NCBI RefSeq assembly: GCF_038025025.1
Contig: NW_027117349.1
Coordinates: forward strand, 868,001 to 932,000
Length of the DNA stretch: 64,000 nucleotides
Reading direction: 5' to 3'
Source of the DNA: Phyllosticta citribraziliensis
Lineage: Eukaryota
A program made the position numbers and the translations under genes. Every line of letters starts with the position of its first letter. Within the stretch, counting starts at the first letter, position 1. The notes below the pieces were generated by a model. It had not been told where the DNA came from, made no database searches, and worked only from the letters and a program-made list of their open reading frames with translations. This document shows, in pieces, positions 1-12,124 of this stretch.

Positions 1-3000
1 ACCTGCAGACCGGACATGCGCTTGACCTCGTCCGGAGGAGTGTAAATTGGCGCGCCACTGGAACTGTGGTTTCGACTGTGAGCGCTGTGCTTGCGGCTGT
101 GGCCCTTCGTGTTGACCTTGAGGCCATCGTTTCCGTTGACACCATTCGTGAGGCCATTGACGGTTTCAGCTTCCTGACTGCCTTTTGCGTCAGATCCATT
201 TTCCACTGCATCAATGGCCTCCCACTCGGTCCTGTAACAGAGTTCTCGAGGCCCGGTGTTTTCCTGCTCAGCATTCTCTCGGACAGGCGTAAGTCTGAGA
301 CCGGTAAAGGTAATGGATGCCTCCTCATCTTCTGGGGAGAAGATGCCATCCATGGAGAAGTCGGTGGGCTTGGGGGAAACGTAGTCTGGTCGGCCGGAGG
401 CTGTCACCTGAAGCCTTTGTCCCGGCTTGTTGGGGAAGTTGCGCGACAAGGTGAACTCCGTCATGGAAATTGGCATGTACAGCGACGGGAGTTTGCTGCG
501 ACCGGCGCCAAGAATCGGGTAGGCGAGTTGCAGAATGAGATCCAGGAAGGAGGTGTGGACAATGGTGGGAGTTTCATGATTGTACGGCATGACAGCAGCA
601 GTGTCCGGCACCTCAACCTCGGCAACAGAGTGTTCATCGCAAGCCCGGCAGTTGACGATGTTGCGGAAGGTTGGCCCGTAAATTGCGCCAAACGGTTTGA
701 GTTGTTCGTAAAACGTTGGCATGTTGATCTCCTGATTGCATTTGTCTCGTGCTTCCTGCATTCGCTTCTTCAAGGCTTCACCGGTGCCCTTGTGCACTGG
801 GTTGTGTCCGTCTCCCCGACGAACTCCAACAAGCCCTCGCGAATGCTCAGTCCACCCTTTGTCGGGAACCCAGGAGGAAATTCGGAACTCATCCCACGAG
901 TCAGAGTACGACCGCAAACCCTCCGCGTAGGGCCTCAGTTGAGTGCAGATTTCGTACTCTTCGCCGTCGTTGAGAAGAAGCGGTCGAGTAACATGAATCT
1001 CGCGCATGACAAACCGGTCGAAAGGAACATCTCTCATAATCGCCCTCTGCGCGGCAGCTTCAGCGGCGATACCAAGAAAACCAGCCCCTGGAAAAGTGGT
1101 GAGCGACTGCATTTTGTGGTCTCTCAGCCAGGGTAGGTCATCGAGCCGAATGACATTTCGCCAGATGGGTTCAATGTCGTTCGAAGTGGCCTCCAACAGA
1201 CCGAGAAGGTCATGTCTCGCAAATCGAGCCAGGCGATGCTGCTTGCTCTGACGGGATTCGTGCCAGTAGCTCACTGATCGATTCCATGGATAAGGACTAA
1301 GCTCCGTGATCAAAGCAGGTGTCTTTGGGTCGTCGGGGCTTTGATTGATGTTCTTGAAATTGAGAGACACTCCTTTCATAAAAAGTTTGCCAGCCGACTC
1401 GAGACAAGCATAAGTACTGTCCTTGTTCCGCAACAAGGTACTGATGTATGAGATCTTGCTCCCTTGCTTGCCGAGGCCTTTCAGGACCTGTTTGATGGGT
1501 CCTTCGAGGGCGGAATGAGGACCGATTTCGACGAGTACGTCAGGAGTGGCCTCAGCGCAAAGCTTTTGCAAAGCTCCTGAGAACCGCACAGGGCATGTCA
1601 AGTTATCGACCCAGTATGAAGAGTCAACCTTGGCTCCATCCACCTTGTTTTCGTGAAGGGCAGAGAAGAAGTCCGCGGTTTGAGAGGACTGCGATTTGAC
1701 CTTGGCAATTTTGGATCGATAATCTTCAGCCACAAGCTTCATGTGATGCGAGTGGTAGGCGACGTCGACACGAAGCTTACGATTGAATTGCTGCTTCTGT
1801 TCGACAGCGGCAGCTAACTCATCAATCGCAGAGACATCCCCGGACGCCGTAATGGACGAAGGCGAGTTCTCGCAAGCGACAATAGCTTGGCCGTTGGTCA
1901 AAGTCTTGAGCATTGGCCTGACATCGTCTGGACCAGCACCGATGGCCAGCATTGCTCCTTTATGCTCTGGGTGACGTTCCTTGAGAGTGACGACGGCTTG
2001 TCCACGTTGGTAGGCAACGGCCATACCGTCTTCCAGTGACAAGAGCCCAGCGGCATAAGCAGCTCCAATCTCGCCGCTGGAGTGTCCTGTGACTGCAACC
2101 GGTTGCAGTCCCCAGGAATGGAAAAGGGCAGTCAAAGCAATCTGTACTGCAGTGCATATCGGCTGACTGATATGGGCCTTGTTCACCTGGGTCTTTTCGG
2201 CGTCTTTTTCAAGTTCTTCCACCAGGGAAAAGTCGGCCCCAAGTTTTTCGAGGGCCTCGTCGCAGGCTTTCATGGTTTTGGCGAAAACGGTTTGGGTATC
2301 CATGAGATCGCGACCCATGGTAGCCCACTGAGCACCCTGACCTGTGTACACGAAGGCAACCTTGGGGTTCATCGCAGAACGAGCTGGCTTGGTTTCCGAG
2401 TTGTTGAGTGCAAGTGTCAGGTCATTGCCGACCGAGGCAACCATGGCAACTCTCCACAGAAGATGAGATCGCCGTTGGCCAAGAGTGTACGCCAAATTTC
2501 GAGGCTGTGACTTTTGGAAAACTTCGGGATGTTGCTCGAGGAAGATCGAAAGTTGGTTCATGGCTTTGTTTGCGGCAGTCTCATCGTTTCCAGAGAGAAC
2601 GAACAGCTTCGGGCCAGTGGAGGTTTCTTTCATGAGGGACGACGGTGGAGGAAGAGGAGGACGTGCCAGGACAGCATGAGCATTCGCCCCGCCAAAGCCG
2701 AAATTGTTGACGCTGATGAGAAACTTTCCCGAGGGCCAAGGGCGCTGCGCTGTGGGGACCTTCATATTCCACTCCGACAGCTTGATCTTTTCGTTTGGCT
2801 TTTCAAAATTGATGTTCGGCAAGATGAATCCTTTCTCAAGCATCAAAGCGGCTTTGATGAGAGACGCAACTCCACTGGCGTTCTCCAAATGGCCAATGTT
2901 GCTTTTCACAGAGCCCATGTAGAGTGGCTGTCTCGCAGTCCGAGTCTTACTTCCGAAGAATTTGTAGATAGTCTCAGCTTCCACGGGATCGCCCACTTTG

Positions 3001-4077
3001 GTTCCTGTGCCATGGGCTTCGACAAATCCACACATGTCGGGGTGCAAATTTGCTTGAGTGTAGACTTCACGCATTAGGTCAACCTGCGCGTCGCCATTTG
3101 GCATCTGCGAAGTCAGCATCGACGAACAGATGCACATGGTATAAGGACACTTACCGACATGCCAACAGTTTTCCCGTCTTGGTTGACACCGGTGTTCATG
3201 ATGATCGAGCGGATCTTGTCGTTGTCCTTCAAGGCCTGATCAAGAGGCTTGAGAAACAAAACGCCGCAACCTTCACCTCTCGAAAATCCTGAGACACCGC
3301 GGTGGTCGAAAGCGTACGTCTTGCCTTGCTCAGAGAATAGTCTGCACGCAATTAGCTTGCTGAATACACTGGACGAAGACGGTCTTCTTACTTTGACATG
3401 GACATGGAGACAGTCAAATCCGGCATCAGATTCACGTGTACTGCGCCAACAAGTGCAGATTCCGACTCGCCAGATCTGATGCTTTGGACCGCTGAATGAA
3501 GGGCGTAGACGCTGGAGGAACATGCCGTGTCTACCGTAAAGCTAGGTCCCCGCAAGTCAAAGTAGTACGAAACGCGATTCGAATGTACAGCATCGTGGTT
3601 TCCGGTAGAATCAAACATTGGAATGGTGTGGAGATCCCGGAGGTGATTGAACTGGTAATCCGACTCGTTGCCGCCCATGAAAACTCCAATCTTCTTCCCA
3701 ATGATGTTCTCCTTTGGAACTCCAGAGTTTTCTAGCGCCTCGTAGGTGCATTCCATCAATATCCTTTGCTGAGGGTCCATGGAAGCGGCTTCTTGTTGTG
3801 TAATGTTGAAAAACGGCGCATCAAACACAGACATGTCTTGATTCAAGAAGTAGCCGCCAGTAGTGTTCAAACAGCCCTTCTTCTCTGGATTTGGATGCCA
3901 GAATCCCTCCTTGTGAAATCGTGACCGTGGAATTTCACTCCAACCGCTTCGAGCTCGCGACATCAACCTCCAAAAATCTTCGAGGGTGGAGACATCGCCC
4001 GGCATCCGGCAGGACATTCCCACGATCGCAATGGGCATGACAGCCGGCTGCCAGTCATCAGGGTAAAACGAATCCAT
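1..4077 (-). CDS. Reducing iterative type I polyketide synthase, 5' part (KS-AT-DH); runs off the window edge
   Basis: ATG 4077; exons about 4077-3392, 3341-3155 and 3104-<1. KS motifs DTACSSS, EAHGTGT and GSVKSNIGHLE; AT motifs GQGAQW, GHSSG and AYHSHH; DH motifs WLRDHKMQSLTTFP and DLILQ. Confidence 0.96.
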
Positions 4078-5288
4078 AACGAACGAATGTGTTGAGGAAT
4101 GGCTCAACCGTGCCAAACCAATGCCAATGGAGGCGTATGTGAGCTTATAATGACCAGCCTTGAGGACAAAAGGCTGGTTTCAGAGCGGTTGATGCCATGC
4201 ATTTTACTCTGCAAGGCGGGAAGGATTCCATGCTGTTACTCTCCACTACGGCCACAGGTGATTCCACAATCACTGTGAAACAGCAAAGGCTCAGCTAGTG
4301 CTCCAGAGAGCAATTCGATCCAACAATGAGGCCTGTTCGCGGGTTCTATGACCGCACAAGGCTGCGTCACGTCTCACATGTAGAGGTGAGGGATCACGAT
4401 GGTGGATGCCTCTCGGGTACTGACGTGGGAGTGCCGAGCAGTGGTTGGGGTGTCGAAGGTATATTGCCAGTGTCATATTGTGAACGGACAGGGTTGTACA
4501 AATAGACAGGGAGGGTGAAGGGCGAAGACGGCAGTTGAGTGCCGTGCGGGTGACGGGGGTGACGGGGTGACGGAGACGGAGGGCACGAAAAACTGCCGCC
4601 CGCCCGATCGCACAGGGCAGTGGGAATAAGCTCTGGCCCGTGCTCCATCTCCGCAGCCGTTGCCGAGCCAAAGCGATCATCCTTCCCAGCTGAGGCTCGA
4701 CCTGCTTTGACATCCACCACGATAAAATGATTTACATCAGCTTTCGATTTCCGGAGGTGATCTCTTTGATGGTATGAGTTTGTTGCCCGGAGCTCTACCA
4801 CCATGGCAGTCAAAACCTGCGCCCTGCAGTATCCGTAGCCCTCACGTGGCTGCCGGTGACGTCTCCTTCGCTCTGATGTCCATCCTTATTTGTTCGAAAC
4901 GACCAATATATCACCTCAGACAGGGTCGCCCGATGTCCACTGTCGAGCCGTCCTATGCGCCTCTCAGCGTCGCCTCTCAGCTGTCCGGTTCCGACCTGTT
5001 TCAAGAGATTGTGGGGTGTGCCTGTGGTGACCATCGATCAGCCGGGCAAGATCCGCTGCGCCTGCCATGGCACCTCGGCGAGAGGAGACTTGTGCCCTTG
5101 AATATATCGTGTGTGTGTCACCTACTCTTTAGAGACGTCAAAATTATTTGAGTCCCCAGCTTTGATTCTCTGGATATTTGGCAGCCACCATTTGGGACTG
5201 CCCTACATTCCTTTACGGGTGAACTTGTGTCATTCCTTGAGCTGCCATATCCTTTCTCATCGTCTCTTCTTCAATCCTCTCCTTCAAG

Positions 5289-6294
5289 ATGGTCAAATAT
5301 TTGTGCCTACCTGGGGCATATGGGAGTGCAAAGGTACGTTGGCTTGACCGGCTTAATGGTATGAAACTGAACTAACTGGTTTCAGAACTTCCAAGTCCAA
5401 CTCGGTAGGTCGATGTATTCAATGGCATAGCAGTTCTTGCTAATGTTCGTCTCAGGGCCCTTTGCGGCGCAGTGCAGCAGCGACGGCACCCTTTCGTACC
5501 ACTGGACGCAGGGGAGCTACTCAGCTGTTCCCCCACCAGGTTATGAGGACTATTTTGGTCCCGGGCCTCTGTACCGTTTCATTGAGTACGATGGAGTGGA
5601 AGCTTTCGAAGACATCTTGGAAATCATCCGCAACTTTCCCGAAGGCCTGAACTCAGAGGATACTATGCGCAGGCTTACGGGAGGCGATGTCGCCCCCACG
5701 GCATTCAAAAGTCTTCGCCGAACCATGGACGGGTTGTTCAAGATCCTCGATGAAGACCCAGAGATCGAAGGCATCCTCGGCTACTCCGAAGGTGCCACCG
5801 TTGCTGCGACGATGATCTTGGAGGAAAAGCGGCTATGGGAGCGCTACGGCCGCCCTCGAAAGTAAGACCTCATCCAGTTCATCAATGGTGGAGGGACTCA
5901 CATCACGATCACCCAGACTCAAGAGTGCCATTTTCTTTGCCGGTTGGCCACCCGTCGCAATTGACCAACAAGACGTTCGTTGTGTCCTGGCCGACGAGTG
6001 CGATGACGTGCTCGACGTTCCAACTCTTCATGTAGGTCATTGCGTTTGGCTTTTTGACCTTTTCTAACCTTCCAGATTGTTGGTTGCGACGACCCTTACA
6101 TCCATGGAGCCATGGCCCTGTTCAATGTTTGCGACGAAGACACCGCTGAGCTGTTCGACCATGGCAAAGGCCACACCGTGCCAAGAGACGCTCGCACTTT
6201 GAGGGAACTTGGAGATGCGGTGCAGCGCATGGTGAGCAAGACGACAGCTCTCGTGGAGGGCTTTGAAGACGCACCTCCCACCGCAAGACTGTGA
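5289..6294 (+). CDS. FSH1/DUF341 (LovG-like) serine hydrolase/esterase
   Basis: Five exons: 5289-5333, 5386-5404, 5456-5861, 5917-6031, 6076-6294. N-terminus KYLCLPGAYGS, nucleophile elbow GYSEG, GCDDP (Asp) and DHGKGH (His). Confidence 0.92.
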
Positions 6295-9011
6295 GGCTGC
6301 AGGCTACTTGGACCATATCTAGAGGCGCGCTGGAGATATTTGGAGTATCTTCCGAAAATATTTTTCTTACATTAACAAATGCTTTTCGCAATGAGCCAAG
6401 ATGCTGTTTCTTCGCCCAAAACATGTCATGTTCACATTCTGAAGTGCTCTCATTCCCATGTCGGCAGGAGTGCTCTCTCTAATGCTGGTCTGGTTCTGGA
6501 ATATCAGAACCTGCCCCTGTCTGCCTTTCATGATACATCTAGCAACTGAAGGACAACAGCCAATTGGAAGCAAAGCTCTGGAAACCATTTGTTTGAATTG
6601 TTGTTTTGTACAAGTCTTGGAATTTTCGAGCCAAAGAAATCGAAGTACTTCCATGGGGCAACTATTTGGCTGATCTAGAAGCTTCGGGTGTGTTCACAAC
6701 ACAGTACAAAGGGAACATTGCTTCCGGAAAATGCCGGCAACCAGCGGCCATGACGGTGCTGAGGTCGAGCAAATTACGTCAACCAGTTAACAACCTCACT
6801 CGACGTCAAAACTGTCTTGAAACTTTGAACACCACCGCGAATTACTTCAAAGAATACATCTCACGGCAACGAAAGCCGCAACCTCGCAGGCTTATCAGTT
6901 GAAGACGACTCACAATTTAAGGCTTGCAAATACCAACATCGGCAGTGGCATTGTGATTAGTCCGACATAATTGGGTAGACAAGTCCATCGGAGCCGGTGG
7001 TTTCACAAGTAGAACGGAAAGTTCCTAAAGCATTTCAACATTGACAAGGTCTACTCGCGCCTAGTTTTGCCTTTGTTAGAATGATCCTTGGAAGCCAAGG
7101 CCGGACTGGCAAACCGAGACTGTGGCGTGGCCTTCATCCCTGAGCTTCAAAGGCGGCCGCTCAAACACGCAAAAGCCCCTGTATAAACATTCCCTGGACA
7201 CAGGAGCAGACAGCCACAAACTCGGTCGCAGGCTGCAGGTATTCAAAAATCATCCAAGCAACTTCGCCGGATTTTTTCGGTTCTCGGAGCCCTCCCAATC
7301 TGGTACGTGTTGAAAGTCAAGGCATTCTTGGCCCTCCATGCTGCCATAGACGCGGCACCATCGGTTAGTGTCACAGTGAATGTAGGAGGAGGAGTGGTGA
7401 CGGACCGATACCTAGCGACACTCACCTCACCGACCGTGTTCCCGAAATCAGCAACCAGCTTCCTGTGCAATCACTTTGAACGTACCACGTCGCTGGACAA
7501 CACCCCGCCAAGCGCCTCGCCGCTTAGCCGTCTCTAGGAACTGCCGTTCGTCCATGTTGCCGTCTTGTCGTCACAACTCGGCCATCGGTGCAATTACGGC
7601 AGGAGCTCACGTCGTCTGCGCCATGTGAAAATGCTACTCCGTCTGATCTCGACGCGCCAGAAACCCAAGACTTAACATCAGCTAAGCCATGGCAAGCGAA
7701 TACTCGCTTGTAACCACGTCACTCATTCGTCGCGTGGAGTGGCTGTTCGAAGCGAGTAGATTGCCTAGCTCTGCCACCGCTTCAGCACGGTTTCTTCTTA
7801 CTCGGCTTTTCGGCAAGCAGAACGATCGGGCACCGTCACCGCATTTCGGGATAACAAGCTCAATGACTGGCAATCGAGCGGAGCCAGGACCGCGTTGCAG
7901 GTGATGACGTTGACGTCCTTCGTACCACTAGTTTGATCTTCCGACTCTAAGAGTAGACCCAGTCACCCGCTCACAGACACTCGAAAGCTGATGGGAAGCC
8001 CGAACGATCTCCAAGTCTCGCTAGGAGCACAAAACGAACCCATCTCATCACGGGCAACTAACGGAGCGACAGAAGCAATGCTGTAATTGTGTCGCCAGCC
8101 TTTAGTCGTGACCCGTTTTTAAGCGACTGCTGGCTTTTATTCGCAACTCATCGCCACAATCTTGCCCAATGGAGTAGCTATGTGAGCAAGAGCATGGACC
8201 AAAGAGTTCGCAGAAGAAGTCCACGAACAGCGATGAAGATGGTAGCATCCTGCGCGGTGCTAAAGGACCCGTGCTAGTACCGTCCCAGAACAAGTAATAG
8301 TGATGTAAAGCTCCCAGACCCGTCTATCCCCTTTCTGTTTCAGAAACGGTGGAATTACTGCACGTGGTAATGCCACCGAAGTGGCGCAAGGGCTTCCGTC
8401 AATCTCAATGGCGGCCCGCAGTAGAGGTTTTTCACCTCTGCTAGAATGCATTCAGTAGCCGACAATGTACATCGCACGACTATGGCGTAAGTGCTGGACT
8501 CTGCTTGTCCAATCAGCGTGCTCTAAGGACGGCACTCCAGGCAACAACACTTGTTTTTCATCTATCGTGGCTGGGAGCTTTCCCAACGAGGAAATTTGTT
8601 CGCGGCGGCGGCAAGGCCCGCACGTGGAATTGTAGAGCCACGCGTCCAAGGCCTTGGGGCTGCTTGATCTTGATGGGTCTTGTGCCCGCGGAGAATTGCT
8701 TGTTACCTCATCGTGGGTTCCGTTGATTGGCCGAGGTAGATATTGTGTTGATTGCTTAACAGACGCCTCTGTAGAAACCCCTGGATTTGGCAGAGATCTG
8801 CGTGGGGATAGCCGTGAATATCAAGGATGAGAAAGAATAGGTGGGGGGCCCTTCTTTGGTGGCCCTACTAAGTGCATGAGCAAGGCATGTATAAAGATTG
8901 ATGGAAGTCAGTGCGTCTCGGTCAAGTAAAAGGAATTCAAACCGCCTGCTCACAACAAAAGATCTACCGAATATTCTTTTCTCCGTCAGGAACGCATCCA
9001 AACCTCCAAAA

Positions 9012-9176
9012 ATGGTTAAGAATCTCTCTCTGGTAGCCCTCCTCGCGGCTCTCGCTGCCGGCAGCCCAATTCAACACGAAGCGCGTCAGTTCCCGGGCGT
9101 TGGTCTCAACCTCGACCGCGACGGAAATGTCGACCTCCGCCCTCAAAGTGGCGTCGACGTGAATGTGGACCAATAG
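9012..9176 (+). CDS. Small secreted peptide precursor; the frame stays open past the TAG to 9296
   Basis: TATAAA at 8890-8895, start context AAAATGG, signal peptide MVKNLSLVALLAALAAG-SP, pro-region ending EAR-Q. An intron-like GTAAGT..CTGAC..TAG lies at about 9299-9370. Confidence 0.65.
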   Translation: MVKNLSLVALLAALAAGSPIQHEARQFPGVGLNLDRDGNVDLRPQSGVDVNVDQ

Positions 9177-10619
9177 AAAGATGGTGGCAGAGGCGCCAAC
9201 GTGGGTGTCAACAGAGAAGGAGTTCAGGTTGGCCGTCCAGGTGAGAAACGTGCCTTGGACGGCGTCGAACGCCCTGTCATTGGTGGCGGAGCCTAATGGT
9301 AAGTGGAGATACGTCTCGTACCTCTTTTGACTTCGCTCCAAAGCTGGCCAAGATACTGACTAGACCGTAGGTTCTCTTCAGACCTCCTCTGGCTTTCTTT
9401 TCAGGAGTAATTGGGGATCAAAGCTGGAACGCGACTGGGATAGGATCTTTGTCAACCTTGTGTAATGAATCCATCTTCTTTTCTCTGTTGACGAGGACCA
9501 AATCAGTGTACTTATCTTCGCCGTCCCCTTCTTTTCTCCGAAGGAAACATGTGGGACCTTGTAATTAGCTGGGACGTATCAGCCCCTTATTCAACCCCTA
9601 TTCTTCTCATATTTTCATCAACTTTCAGGTTGCGAGAGGATCATCAGGTCAATCTCCTGGCTCAAGTCGATGTAAGCGCGCGTACGCCCGCTGCTGAGTG
9701 GTATCAGCCGAACTCTCGCCTCTCCATCCAAGCTCTCATCCCCTTTGCGTTTGGGTCAACATTCAGCACACATTACTGCCAATTTTTCGATGAAGTTCAA
9801 ACAAGCACATGGTGTAAAACCAAACAACGGAAGACTCACCTTCGCAAAACCTTAGCAATGTCCAACGTCACCTCGCTACCGCTCCAGCGAATTGATATAT
9901 CCTTTTCTCGCTACCAGTTGTCACCGCCGCCAAGAACTCTCCAAGAAGGGAAAGAATTACCCGCACCCAGCCACGTCCGCGGAGAAGTCGTGTCTAGAAA
10001 CAATTAAGACCAAGAGCGCATTCCATCATACTCAGATAACGGGCCGCATGCATTTGAATCGGGTAGACTGGTGAAGGTTATTATCCAAAATTGGGTTGGG
10101 GTCGCTGGGAGCGCTCTCGAGAAAACACGAGATGCGAGGATTCGACGATTTATGCCCGGCTGGGCAGGGACTGGAAAAGCTTCTTCCAACGTGCGTTCTT
10201 GGCTGACGAGAGCGACCGGCGCATCTCATGTCGGTCAACTGCTTTGCGTCTCGAGGTCGAAATGTTGAAGCGCGACGTCTTGACTGCGCGAGTCTTGCAG
10301 CTTCGCTGGCGAAACCCGTGAGCACAAGCAGTGTCGAGCCCATGCATCCCCTCCATCCAACGGTGTCAAGATTTGAATGGGACGCTGCAGCCTCCTCACC
10401 AAGTCGAATTCCAAAAGCTTGAGGGGCAGCGCCCCAATGATGCACCGAAGAGACGCGGGGGTCTCCACTTTACCCCAGCGATCAGCAATGGGGTGACGGA
10501 AAACATGCAGCAATCCGACAGGTTTCCGCAGACCCTGTAAACGAATGATGACCCCAAAGTCAGCAAGCGTGGAGGCAATGGGGGACTAAACGTCTCCTCC
10601 ACACCCAACAGCGTTCAAA

Positions 10620-11749
10620 ATGTCCAAGCCGATTCTCCTCCATCTCGGCAGCGACATCAAGTACAACCATGACTACTTTGAGAAAGAGCTGCAGGCGCGC
10701 TTCGAGGTGGTGAAGAATGAGGATCTAGACAGGGCGTCGTTCATGCAAGCCCTGCGGGACAAGAAGCGCGTTTCTTCCCCGGAATACCACCTCATTCCGG
10801 CGGCAGCTAACACCACCACAGGTATGGCGACTTCAGCGCCATCTTCCGCCCCGACTTCCACAGTGGCGGAGAAATGGGACAGTGGGATGAAGACCTTATC
10901 GCGCTCCTCCCACGCTCAGTTCGCATCTTCGCGTCCGCAGGCGCAGGCTTCAACTGGGCCGACGTCGATGCGCTGGGTCGCCATGGGATCTGGTATGCCA
11001 ATGGGGCAGGCGCGTCGGACGAGGCCGTCTCTGACACGGCACTGTTCATGATCCTGAGTGTGTTTCGCAACTTTGCGCGCGCGCAACTGGCGGCGCGCAC
11101 GGCGGACCCGAAGATCTTTGAAGAGACGCATGCTGTGTTGGCGACCATCTCTCACAACCCACGCGGCCACGTTCTGGGGATCGTCGGGCTAGGAAGCATC
11201 AGTAAGAAGCTGGCGATCAAGGCTCGGTTGGGGCTGGGGATGGAGGTGCACTACTTTGACATTGTGCGCACAGATGTGGAGGAGGAGAAGAGGTTGGGCG
11301 TCACGTACCACGACACTTTGCAGAGTCTGTTGAGTGTCTCTGACTGCGTCACGCTGCACACGCCGCTGAACAAGAACACGGAAGACCTGATCGACGAGAA
11401 GGCTTTCCAGCAGATGAAACCTGGCGCTCGGCTGGTCAATACGGCGAGGGGCAAAATTGTCGAAGAAAGGGCGCTGATTGCTGCGTTGCAGTCAGGTCGT
11501 CTCGCGGCTGCGGGCTTGGACGTCCACTACCATGAGCCGCAAGTCTCCCGGGAACTGGCTGCTATGGACAATGTGACTCTAACGACGCATATTGGTGGTG
11601 GAGCGCTAGACACGCGCATCAATTTCGAGCTGAATGCCATGAAGAACATTGTCGCGGTTGTTGGTCCTGACGGCGAGTTTGCGGGTGAGCCGTTGACACC
11701 CGTAAACAGGAAGGCGTTTGTGGGAGCCATGGCGTCTTCAGCAAATTAA
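10620..11749 (+). CDS. D-isomer-specific 2-hydroxyacid dehydrogenase (D-mandelate dehydrogenase/glyoxylate reductase-like)
   Basis: Motifs SAGAGFNWAD, Rossmann GIVGLGSI, LHTPL, VNTARG, LDVHYHEP and THIGG. One intron, 10766-10821, with a GC donor. Confidence 0.92.
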
Positions 11750-12124
11750 TGTTTGCTAATTTAGACCTTTGCCCTGTTTAAGGAGGCTTCTTGAATAGCA
11801 CAGAGAGGGACACGGCGTGAAAATGATAGTCGACATAATCATCCTTCATCAAGGGTTAGTCTCAAATTCGTAAACCCCAGGAAACTCACCGAAGTTGCAG
11901 AGCCATGCTGCTCCAATCAACAAGCCTGTCCCCGCCTTTCGGCACAGCTCCTGCATTGAGAGCTGTGGAGAAACCCTGCAGAGCGCTCATCCACGAGTTT
12001 TCCAGAGCCGTCGGGAAAGCGTGGCGCGAGACACAGAGCGAGAGACAACGCGCGTCTCCTCAAAAATGCCGCCAATTCCACACCACCGCACAAATCGATC
12101 TTACCTTCGTTAGTTTCTCCCACC

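Noticed and set aside
66..3077. Long + strand ORFs (66-1136, 2082-2510, 2514-3077)
   Set aside because: These are antisense shadows of the PKS. The true PKS exon is absent from the ORF track, probably because it has no stop inside the window.
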